Origin: Terriglobia bacterium
Lineage (GTDB): Bacteria > Acidobacteriota > Terriglobia > Acidiferrales > UBA7541
Direction: 5' to 3'
NCBI GenBank assembly: GCA_041485165.1
Contig: JBGPJC010000003.1
Location: forward strand, 17-64,016
Length of the DNA: 64,000 bases
In this document: piece after piece, positions 35,089-43,335 of the stretch
Layout: each line of letters opens with the position of its first letter
How positions within the stretch are numbered: position 1 is the stretch's first letter
Program-made: the position numbers and the translations under genes
Notes under the pieces: model-generated
Told to the model about the DNA's origin: nothing
Database searches by the model: none
The model's input: only the letters and a program-made list of their open reading frames with translations

Positions 35089-36696
35089 ATGAAGTCCGTA
35101 CTTATCGTCGGCTCCGGGCCCAGCGGCGTCCATTTCGCGCTCTCCGTCCTGCGCAAGGGCTACGACGTCACCATGGTGGACGTCGGCTATCCCAAGCCCG
35201 CGGCGATCGAGCCGGCCATGAGCTTCCGCGCGCTCAAGGACCACCTCGACGACCCCGCCGATTATTTCCTCGGCGCGCGATTTCAGGGCGTCGTCCTCCC
35301 GCATCCCGGCCGCGAGTATTACGGCCTGCCGCCGAGCAAGGACTACGTTCTTCGCGTCCCTGCCGGTACCGAACACGCCGCGCACGGCTTTTCGCCCTTT
35401 TTCGGCTATGCAAGAGGTGGCGTCGCCGAGGTGTGGACCGGCGGCTGCTACCCCTTCAACGACGCCGAGCTGGCCGAGTTTCCCTTCGGTTACGGCGCGC
35501 TGGGTCCTTGCTACGGCGAGGTGGCGCGCCGCATCGGCATTTGCGGCGGCGAAGACGACCTGGCGCGCTTTTTTCCGCTGCATGAAAACTTACTCGAGCC
35601 GCTCGAGCTCGATTCCCACTCAGCGCTCTTGCTGGCGCGCTACGAAGAAAAGAAAAGCGCATTTCACGAGGAGCTGCGCTGCTACCTCGGACGCACGCGC
35701 GTTGCCGTGCTCAGCCGCGAGCAGGGTGGGCGGAACAAGTGCACCTATCTGGGGCGCTGCCTGTGGGGCTGTCCCACGGCCGCGTTCTATACGCCTTCGC
35801 TCACGCTCGCCGAATGTCTCGCCTTCCCGAATTTCCGCTATGTTTCCGGCCTGCGCGCCAGCCATTTCCGCCTGGATTCCCGCCGCCGGGCGACGCATCT
35901 GGTGGCCTTCCCGGCCGAAGGCGGGACGCCCGGCGAATTTCCGGTGGAAACGCTGGTGCTTGCCGCGGGCGCGCTGTCCTCGTCGCGGATCTATCTTGAA
36001 TCCCTCTACCGGCACACCGGCGAAGCGCCTGAACTGCATGGTCTGATGGACAACCGGCAGATCCTGGTGCCATTCGTCAACCTGCGGCTCATCGGCCAGG
36101 CGCACAAACCGGAAAGCTACCAGTATCACCAGGTGGGTATGGGCATCGAGGTGGGCGCCCCGCGCGAATACATCCACGCGCAGGTGACCACGCTGAAGAC
36201 CGGCATGCTGCATCCCATTATGCAGAGCCTGCCATGCGACCTGCGCACCGCGGCGTTTCTCGTGCGCAATCTGCATGCTGCGCTGGGGATCGTCAACGTC
36301 AACCTGCACGACACGCGCCGGCGCGGCAACCGGTTGACGCTCGCCGTCAGCGAGCCTGGCGCCCCGCGATTGGTGATGGACTACGCGCCTGCGGCGGGCG
36401 AGGAGGCGGTGATCGCGCGAGCCGTGCGCACTGTTCGCAGTGCTCTGGGAAAATTGGGATGCCTGGTGCCGCCGGGAATGAGCCATGTGCGGCCCATGGG
36501 GTCGAGCGTGCATTACGCCGGCACGCTGCCCATGTCCCGCACGCGCGGCGAGCACACCGTGTCGGAGACCTGCCGGAGCCACGAAGTGGAAAACCTTTTT
36601 CTAGTGGATGGAGCGACCTATCCCTTCCTCCCCGCCAAGAACATCACCTTTACCCTGATGGCCAACGCCGTGCGCGTGGCCGAAGCGGCGTTCTAG
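35089..36696 (+). CDS. GMC-family FAD-dependent oxidoreductase
   Basis: MKSVLIVGSGPSGVHFA is the GxGxxG motif. The C-terminus HYAGTLPM...NLFLVDGATYPFLPAKNITFTLMANA is GMC_oxred_C-like. The longer ORF-track N-terminus overlaps the previous gene and is discounted. Confidence 0.8.
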   Translation: MKSVLIVGSGPSGVHFALSVLRKGYDVTMVDVGYPKPAAIEPAMSFRALKDHLDDPADYFLGARFQGVVLPHPGREYYGLPPSKDYVLRVPAGTEHAAHGFSPFFGYARGGVAEVWTGGCYPFNDAELAEFPFGYGALGPCYGEVARRIGICGGEDDLARFFPLHENLLEPLELDSHSALLLARYEEKKSAFHEELRCYLGRTRVAVLSREQGGRNKCTYLGRCLWGCPTAAFYTPSLTLAECLAFPNFRYVSGLRASHFRLDSRRRATHLVAFPAEGGTPGEFPVETLVLAAGALSSSRIYLESLYRHTGEAPELHGLMDNRQILVPFVNLRLIGQAHKPESYQYHQVGMGIEVGAPREYIHAQVTTLKTGMLHPIMQSLPCDLRTAAFLVRNLHAALGIVNVNLHDTRRRGNRLTLAVSEPGAPRLVMDYAPAAGEEAVIARAVRTVRSALGKLGCLVPPGMSHVRPMGSSVHYAGTLPMSRTRGEHTVSETCRSHEVENLFLVDGATYPFLPAKNITFTLMANAVRVAEAAF

Positions 36697-36757
36697 CAGG
36701 GTTTGGCGATTGCGCGGCTGCAAGTCAAGCTGAGTTCACCGGCGATCGGGGAACTGC

Positions 36758-37543
36758 TCAGGAAGATGCTTGTTTTCGGTACTGCACGGCATCGCGGGCG
36801 AACTGGGAACTCCACAGGAGCCGGCGGAGGCGAAGGACGCCTTTGATGTCTTCCCAAGCGGTACTGAAGATTTTCACGCGGCTGTCGTCGTCTTCGTTCC
36901 AGATGACCGGCATGTCCAGGATGCGGTAACCCTCTTTTTCGGCGAGCACGAGCATCTCGGTGTCCAGGAACCAGGCCTGGTCTTTGACCTGCGGCACAAT
37001 GCGATCCACCACCTCGCGGGTCACCACCTTGAAACCGCACTGGGCATCGGAGAAGCTCGTCAACAACACCATCTTGATAAAGATATTGTAGAGCCGCGAA
37101 ATCACTTCGCGTTTGAGCGAGCGCCGCACTCGCGAGCCGCGCATCAGCCGCGAACCTACGACGATGTCATAACCTTGCTCGAGGATGGCGCGCACCGCGC
37201 GCGGCAGCGCATCTAGTTCTGTCGATAGATCTACATCCATGTAGGAGACGATGTCCGCGTCGCTCTGCTGCCAGGCGTGGCGCAGCGCACGCCCCCGTCC
37301 GCGCTGGTCGAGGTGCAGGAAAATCACATCGGAGTGCTCAGCAGCCAGCGTCCGGCCCACCGCATCGGTGCCGTCTTGCGAGCCATTGTCCACGATCACC
37401 ACGCGCCAGCGGTGAGGCAGCTTCTCCGCCAGAAAAGTGCGCAGCGTCTGCACGCTGCGCGCCAGCACATGAGCTTCGTTCAGGACGGGGATGACCACGT
37501 CGACGAGGAGTTCCCCGGGCTTGCGTTCCGAGAGCGGGTTCAT
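36758..37543 (-). CDS. family 2 glycosyltransferase (polyprenyl-phosphate glycosyltransferase-like)
   Basis: VDVVIPVLNEA...VVIVDNGSQDGTD...YMDVDLST carries the DxD motif. ATG 37543 overlaps the upstream stop (ATGA). Confidence 0.85.
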   Translation of the reverse strand: MNPLSERKPGELLVDVVIPVLNEAHVLARSVQTLRTFLAEKLPHRWRVVIVDNGSQDGTDAVGRTLAAEHSDVIFLHLDQRGRGRALRHAWQQSDADIVSYMDVDLSTELDALPRAVRAILEQGYDIVVGSRLMRGSRVRRSLKREVISRLYNIFIKMVLLTSFSDAQCGFKVVTREVVDRIVPQVKDQAWFLDTEMLVLAEKEGYRILDMPVIWNEDDDSRVKIFSTAWEDIKGVLRLRRLLWSSQFARDAVQYRKQASS

Positions 37544-39138
37544 CGCGGCGGCGCGCTCCCGCCTGGCTGGGTCTCGCTCAGCGGCCGCCAGGGGTTGGGA
37601 AGCCGCCAGATGCCCCAAATGACCAGGCCGGTGAACAGGAACAATCCCAGCGGGGAGGCGCCATCGGCCAGCGGTGGGTAATACTGGTTGGCGGTTTTGA
37701 CCAGGGTGGTAAGCCAGGGCAACTCAAAGCCGTGCAGCAGGACCTTGACCATGGAGTCCAGCGGACTCTCCCGCACCATGGAGAGGCACCAGGTCTCCGC
37801 CACCGCTGCCAGCGCGACAATCCATGCCAGGGCGCGCGGCGCCTGCGCCAGCACTTCCGCCACCAGCAGGAACAAGAAGGGCACCGCGGGCACCATGTAG
37901 CGCACGCCGTCCTGCCACTGGTGGCGCACGGTGTAATGGATGCACGAGCAGAAAATCCACAGTGCGGCGAAGAATACCCAGGTGAAGAGCGTCGCCCGGC
38001 CCGGCAAGCGCGCCGTGCCGCGCCGCACCAGAACAACGTGGTAGAGCGCTAAAGCCAAGATCGGCGCGAAGACCAGCAAGCCGTAGAGCGGGTCGAACAT
38101 CAGCCCCCACACCGCTTCCTTGAGCGGCCAGCCAAAGCCATGCGCGCTCTGATAGCCGGTGACCACCTGCTTGGGGAGATAGTACTGCGCCGGATACCAC
38201 GGGCTGCCGAAGCAGTACCACTGCCAGCCCAGCATGAACAGGCCGGGGCCGAGCGCGCCGGCGGCATACCAGAGGGATTCAACCAGCGCGCTCCAGAATT
38301 TCTTGTTCTCCATCTCCATGGCCAGGGTAAACAGGCCGAGGATCAGCAGCGTGATCACGCCAGTGTAATCCGTCACTACCGCCCAGCCCGCCAGCAGGCC
38401 GGCCACAAGAGTCCGGCCATGCTTCTGCTCTCGCAGTGTTTCTTTGGGCCACCACAGAAGCGCGAAGGCGAGCAGCCCGAGGATGGTGACCATCAGGTTC
38501 TGGCTCATGATCGCGGTCCTGAAAAACATCGGTGTTCCCAATCCGAACAGCAGCGCAAGTCCCAGCGCCACACGGGGAGCGTAATGCATTCGCCGGAGCA
38601 ATCGGAACATCACCACTCCACTGGCGGCCGTAAGCGGGGCCATGAAAAAGCCCGCGGTGAACAGCGCTGCCAGCGCCAGGCGTACATCGAGGCCGCGCTG
38701 GCGCACCTTCTTGTAGAACGCCTGGCGCATGCTGCGCTGCTCTTTGTATTCGGCTTGCACTTTTTCGTTTGCGGGGGCCGGGCGGACCGGTGCAACGCGC
38801 CTCACTATCGGGTAGGCCAGCGCGTAGGGTCCAGCCGCGAGGATGGAAACGCCGGGGTTGTTGCCCAGAAATGTGCCCCGCCCCGGAATAGTGATCAGGT
38901 CGGGGTGCAGGTCGGCGTATTCATCCAGGCGCACGGAATGCTTCTCCACAAGCGCCAGGGTCAGGTAGAGTTCGCGGACGACGAAAGGCGATACGTGCAG
39001 CAGGAAGATCACCCAGAGTGTCAGGAACAGCCGCACCTCCATGCCGGCGAGACTCATACGTCCCAGGAACGATGTTCCGGGAGGCTCGACCGTGGGGCCC
39101 GAAGCCGCGATCTGCTCAATTTCCGGTGCCGCGGGCAT
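37540..39138 (-). CDS. polytopic membrane protein (possible GT-C-fold glycosyltransferase or polymerase)
   Basis: About 530 aa with at least 10 hydrophobic segments. The start is placed at ATG 39138, which shares 1 nt with the upstream stop. The functional call is weak. Confidence 0.6.
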   Translation of the reverse strand: MPAAPEIEQIAASGPTVEPPGTSFLGRMSLAGMEVRLFLTLWVIFLLHVSPFVVRELYLTLALVEKHSVRLDEYADLHPDLITIPGRGTFLGNNPGVSILAAGPYALAYPIVRRVAPVRPAPANEKVQAEYKEQRSMRQAFYKKVRQRGLDVRLALAALFTAGFFMAPLTAASGVVMFRLLRRMHYAPRVALGLALLFGLGTPMFFRTAIMSQNLMVTILGLLAFALLWWPKETLREQKHGRTLVAGLLAGWAVVTDYTGVITLLILGLFTLAMEMENKKFWSALVESLWYAAGALGPGLFMLGWQWYCFGSPWYPAQYYLPKQVVTGYQSAHGFGWPLKEAVWGLMFDPLYGLLVFAPILALALYHVVLVRRGTARLPGRATLFTWVFFAALWIFCSCIHYTVRHQWQDGVRYMVPAVPFLFLLVAEVLAQAPRALAWIVALAAVAETWCLSMVRESPLDSMVKVLLHGFELPWLTTLVKTANQYYPPLADGASPLGLFLFTGLVIWGIWRLPNPWRPLSETQPGGSAPPR

Positions 39139-39887
39139 CAGACCACCCTCCGGTGTGCGCGCAGCCAGTTCAGCAACTGCAGGCCAAGGATCCACATTCC
39201 GAACACGCTCATCAGCAGACCAGCGGCAGCGAAGCCGGCCAGCGTGAGATTGGCGGCGCGATTGTCCATCTGCGGCCGGAGAAACCCAAAGGTATGTATA
39301 CCCACCAGCATGCCTCGCAGGCGGCCAAGACGCGTGGACCCTTGCAGCACCTCGCCGGTCTGCGCGCTGATGTAATAGACCGTGTGCTGGGCATCGTCTG
39401 CCTCCAGGCGATAGGCAGGGAGTGAAGGGTGCTTGTATTCGCTGGTGTGTTCGCGGAGCAGCACCGGCGTGCGCCACGCGGCGGTTTGCTGGAGCGCGTC
39501 CGCGGCGATCTGCCCGGCAAGCTCCGGGGTGATCACGACACGGGCGCCATCAACCGAATTGATCAAGAAAACACCGGCGCCATTTGTTCCGATCTCATAA
39601 GCCAGCCTGCCGGGCAGCGCGCGGAAAGAAACGCTGGTCACCGGCAAGGGGTGGCCGGCAGCGGCTTCGGCGGCGGCGATGGCTTGCGGCACGCTCACCG
39701 CGACCTGCCGGTAGGGGTGGGAGTCGCGCGCGGGCGCCTCGCCCTGCTGCGCCACGCTCGGGGGCTGGGTATCGCGCAGCAGCGGGAGAATCATCACTAT
39801 CCCGGTGAGGAACCAGAAAAATGTGAATAGGCCCACGCCCACGGCGAGCCATTTGTGGGTCTTGAAGACGAATCTCTGAAAAGTCAT
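39138..39887 (-). CDS. PepSY-associated TM-helix protein
   Basis: MTFQRFVFKTHKWLAVGVGLFTFFWFLTGIVM is the typical PepSY_TM N-terminus, and a second TM lies near the C-terminus. Confidence 0.72.
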   Translation of the reverse strand: MTFQRFVFKTHKWLAVGVGLFTFFWFLTGIVMILPLLRDTQPPSVAQQGEAPARDSHPYRQVAVSVPQAIAAAEAAAGHPLPVTSVSFRALPGRLAYEIGTNGAGVFLINSVDGARVVITPELAGQIAADALQQTAAWRTPVLLREHTSEYKHPSLPAYRLEADDAQHTVYYISAQTGEVLQGSTRLGRLRGMLVGIHTFGFLRPQMDNRAANLTLAGFAAAGLLMSVFGMWILGLQLLNWLRAHRRVV

Positions 39888-41347
39888 CAGTCCTCAACTA
39901 CGTGCGTTTCAAAAATCTTGCGAAACTCGGCCCACCGCGCATGGTCAAACGAGCCGTCCGGCCGCAGGCAGTCGGCGGCGGAATAGGCCATGTAAAGAGC
40001 GTGGTGGGTGTTGTCGTGAGCGAACAGCGCCTGGCGGCCAAACAGCAACAGGCCCTCCATGCGCCCGGCATACTCGTCCAGCAGGCGGAGGCGCTCTTCG
40101 AAGCCGCGGCGATAAACCGGATAGGCATGGCCAATCCGCCGCGTCTCGACGTGGTGCACACGAGCCCGCACGGGCAGGCCCGCGTTCGCCATCCAGCCGC
40201 ACAGTGCCCGCCCCATCTCTTCATCGCTCATCGCCCATTCAGGAGAGCCGGGGTCGGCGGGCAGTTCGGCGCAGAGCACGGTGAGTCCTTGTGGTTCCGC
40301 CGCGGCGCAGTAATTCTTGGGCTCGGAGAGCCGCGAAATGCGCACATCCTCCCCGGGGAAGTAGTGCGCGTCGAATTCGGTGAAGTGGTCCTGTTCGAGC
40401 ACCAGGTAAATCAGAATCATGCCACGGTAGGCGAGCTCCGATGCGGCGAGAAGCACGTTGGCGGGAGCAGCCGGGGAAATCCCTTTTACCAGCGCCCCCA
40501 GCGGGAGCGTGGACCAGATGTGGTCGGCAGGCAAAAGTTGTTCGCTGCCGCCGCGCTCGAAGCGCACCGCGCGCGCTCGTCCGCCCGCGCAGTCCAGCCC
40601 GGTGACGCGCGCGCCGTGAATGAATTCGGCGCCGGCGTTTCGCGCCTCCTGGGCGATACGTTCACTGATCTGGCCGTAGCCCCGGCGGGGATAAAAAAAA
40701 CGTCCGGCGCCGGGCTTCTTCAGTCCGGGGACGGCATTGGCCAGTTTGCGCAGGATTTTCCCGAACGAATTTCCGGAGACGCGGCGATTGGCCTGCGTGG
40801 CAGCCAGATCGCCGGGAGCCACGCCCCACAGCTTCCGCGCGTAAGGAAAATAAAATTCGCGGCAGATGGTGCGTCCCAGTCCGCGCTCCAGCACGGTGGC
40901 AAATGTCTCCGGCACGCCGTTGGGCGTTGGCGCGAACTTGCGCGCCATATCGCCGAGGACGCCGAAGGCAAAGCTCGGCGGCACGCGCAGCATCAGGTCC
41001 ACCGGCTTCAACGGGAAGTGGATCCAGCGCCCGCCCAGGCGGATGCGGCCATGGCGCGGCCGGTCGAGCAAATCACTTCCCAGTAGCTCGCGCAGGTCGC
41101 CCAGGATGGCCGGGTCGCATGCCGGGTGCAGGCGGTGGCTGCCGAAATCGACGCGCATGCCCTGCACTTCAAAGCTGCCGGCATTGCCGCCCACGCCATC
41201 GCGCTGCTCGAGCAGCGTGACGCGCGCCAGACCGCGCTTGGCCACCTGCCAGGCCGCGCCCACACCGGCCGGCCCCGCTCCCAGAATGACCACGTGCGGG
41301 CGCGCGGCAGTGGAGGTGTGGCCGGATTCTGTGAGTGGCGCGGTCAT
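39887..41347 (-). CDS. FAD-dependent oxidoreductase (amine-oxidase/protoporphyrinogen-oxidase-like fold)
   Basis: HVVILGAGPAGVGAAWQVAKRG...LLEQRDGVGGNAGS is the dinucleotide-binding motif. The protein is 486 aa. Confidence 0.85.
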   Translation of the reverse strand: MTAPLTESGHTSTAARPHVVILGAGPAGVGAAWQVAKRGLARVTLLEQRDGVGGNAGSFEVQGMRVDFGSHRLHPACDPAILGDLRELLGSDLLDRPRHGRIRLGGRWIHFPLKPVDLMLRVPPSFAFGVLGDMARKFAPTPNGVPETFATVLERGLGRTICREFYFPYARKLWGVAPGDLAATQANRRVSGNSFGKILRKLANAVPGLKKPGAGRFFYPRRGYGQISERIAQEARNAGAEFIHGARVTGLDCAGGRARAVRFERGGSEQLLPADHIWSTLPLGALVKGISPAAPANVLLAASELAYRGMILIYLVLEQDHFTEFDAHYFPGEDVRISRLSEPKNYCAAAEPQGLTVLCAELPADPGSPEWAMSDEEMGRALCGWMANAGLPVRARVHHVETRRIGHAYPVYRRGFEERLRLLDEYAGRMEGLLLFGRQALFAHDNTHHALYMAYSAADCLRPDGSFDHARWAEFRKIFETHVVED

Positions 41348-42390
41348 GAATGCTGCGCTCCAGCTTGCTCATTTTCCGCCATGGAGCGAGGCGCTACTGC
41401 GACTCGAGGGCTCGCCGGTGCGGCAGCCTCCTCCTCGGCTCGATGGCGCGCCAGCAGGCGCTGCGAGCCGAGCGTCAAGAGCCCGGCCACCAGGCCGCCG
41501 ACGATGATGATGGTCTGCCAGGCCAGGCCCACGGCGACAGTGAGCGCTGCGGGCGCGCCGAACGGTGCCAGCAGCGCCGCCAGAGCCGCCTCGCGCACTC
41601 CCAGACCTCCTTGCGTGAGCGGCGTGAGTGCGGCCAGTTTGGCCAGCGGCCAGGCCAGAAACCACAGCCGCAGCCGCAGGTGCAATCCGCACACCGCCGC
41701 CAGCACCGCGGTCAGCAGGACGAAGCTCGATTGCACCGTCACGCCGGCGCACAGCGCAAGGAAAACGTACTGTGGGCGCTGCCGCAGCGAGCGCCCCGCT
41801 TGCCTCAGCCGCGCCAACCGCCGGCGAAGTTTGAAGGGCGCCCGCCGCACGGGAAACAGCAGAATCAGACCCAGCACCGCCGCGCCGGCTGCCAGCGCGG
41901 TCAGCAACAGCGCGATGAAAACGCGCCGGCTGCGGGGTTCGAGTTGTCCCGGCAAGAGTAACGCACCGGCGCAGGACACCACGCCAAGCGCGGTGATGTC
42001 CAGCATGCGGTCGAGCAGGCTGCCAAGAAGGAAACCGGTGCGGCGGCGCGCCAGACGCAGCCCGATGCTGGCACGGATGACATCTCCGCCGACGATCGAG
42101 GGCAGGAAGAGCGTGCCGAAAAGCCCGCCGAAATAACACTGCGCGGCCTGCAGGTAACTGAGTTCCGCGCCCGCCAGGTTCACCATCATGCGGTATTTCA
42201 TCACCCCGATGACGTGAGCGGCCATATATCCGCCCAGGACGGCGAGCCACAACCCGGGAGGGATGTTGCGCATTGCCGCCCACACTCGCTCCCGCGGAAG
42301 CACGGCGAATAGAGCAGCGAGAATGATGGCGCTTCCGGCGATACGCAACGCCACCGAACGCCAGCCCCGCGTCTTGACCGCAGCGCTCAT
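41344..42390 (-). CDS. UPF0104 / LPG_synthase_TM flippase-like membrane protein
   Basis: Multi-TM protein with the YFGGLFGTLFLPSIVGGDVIRA motif typical of the lysyl-PG-synthase TM (flippase-like) family. ATGA overlaps occur at both ends. Confidence 0.78.
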   Translation of the reverse strand: MSAAVKTRGWRSVALRIAGSAIILAALFAVLPRERVWAAMRNIPPGLWLAVLGGYMAAHVIGVMKYRMMVNLAGAELSYLQAAQCYFGGLFGTLFLPSIVGGDVIRASIGLRLARRRTGFLLGSLLDRMLDITALGVVSCAGALLLPGQLEPRSRRVFIALLLTALAAGAAVLGLILLFPVRRAPFKLRRRLARLRQAGRSLRQRPQYVFLALCAGVTVQSSFVLLTAVLAAVCGLHLRLRLWFLAWPLAKLAALTPLTQGGLGVREAALAALLAPFGAPAALTVAVGLAWQTIIIVGGLVAGLLTLGSQRLLARHRAEEEAAAPASPRVAVAPRSMAENEQAGAQHS

Positions 42391-43319
42391 TTCGATTTCA
42401 GCGTCAATCCGATCTTTGAAATCTGGTCGGCCAGCATCCCCACCGCCCACAATATGATCCCGCCCAGGATGCCGAGCAGGGCGACCGCGGAAACAGTGGC
42501 GTGGGTCAGGTCGTAGACCAGCTTGGCCAGTCCAGGCAGGAAAAATACCGCGCCGAGCGGGAGAAAGACGCGCAGCGGGTTGAAATACACCACCGTGCGC
42601 AGGATCAACATCAGGAACTGGTAGGCGTGCCGCGGGCGGATCTTCGACGCGCCCACGCGCTTGAAGTAATCGATGGGGTGGTAGTAGACACGGTAGTTGT
42701 TGTAGAGCAGCGCCAGGGTGATCGTCGTCGTGAACGAAAACCCGGAAGGCAGCAGGTGGTCGAACATGAACACCAGCGATTTCCGCAGCACGCGCAAGCC
42801 GGAGTTCAGGTCAGGGATGGGTTGCTCGGTGAGGAACGCGGCGAGGCGCGCCAGAAACCACTTGGCCGGGCGGCGCATCAGCGGGATGTGCACATTCTCG
42901 CTGATGCGCGCTCCCACCACCATGTCGTACTCACCGGCTTTCTCCAGCATGGGCGGGATGGCGGCGTCGGGATAGGTGCCGTCGGCGTCGGTGATCACGA
43001 TCCATTCGTTCTGCGCCACGCTGATGCCCGCCTTCAGCGCTGCGCCATAACCCCGGTTGTAGGGGAATTGCACCAATCGCACGCCCTGGCTGCGCGCGAC
43101 CGCGGCGGTGCCGTCGGTCGAGCCGTCGTCCACCACAATGATTTCGTGCGGCCAGCCGTTCGATGCCATCACCTGGCGGAGGTTTTCGATCTGCGGGCCG
43201 ATGGCCTTCTCTTCGTTGAACGCCGGGATCACGATGGACACGGGGAACTTCCCCGCGCCAACCATGCTCTCCAGCGTGGCGCGCTCCATCACCGCCGGCG
43301 GTGCATCTGTCCTGGCCAT
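42387..43319 (-). CDS. family 2 glycosyltransferase, ArnC/DPM1-like with C-terminal TM helices
   Basis: VSIVIPAFNEEKAI...IIVVDDGSTDGT...ITDADGTYP, followed by two C-terminal TM segments. Confidence 0.9.
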   Translation of the reverse strand: MARTDAPPAVMERATLESMVGAGKFPVSIVIPAFNEEKAIGPQIENLRQVMASNGWPHEIIVVDDGSTDGTAAVARSQGVRLVQFPYNRGYGAALKAGISVAQNEWIVITDADGTYPDAAIPPMLEKAGEYDMVVGARISENVHIPLMRRPAKWFLARLAAFLTEQPIPDLNSGLRVLRKSLVFMFDHLLPSGFSFTTTITLALLYNNYRVYYHPIDYFKRVGASKIRPRHAYQFLMLILRTVVYFNPLRVFLPLGAVFFLPGLAKLVYDLTHATVSAVALLGILGGIILWAVGMLADQISKIGLTLKSK

Positions 43320-43335
43320 CTCGCCGTTGCGCTCC

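Noticed and set aside
32548-39477. N-terminal extensions given by the ORF track for the epimerase (to 33930), SDR (from 33631), GMC oxidoreductase (from 34924), GT2 (to 37618) and the polytopic membrane protein (to 39477)
   Set aside because: The extensions overlap neighbouring genes, are compositionally noisy and precede the conserved Rossmann or GT2 N-termini. Internal ATGs that create ATGA or 1-nt couplings with the upstream stop are far more plausible.
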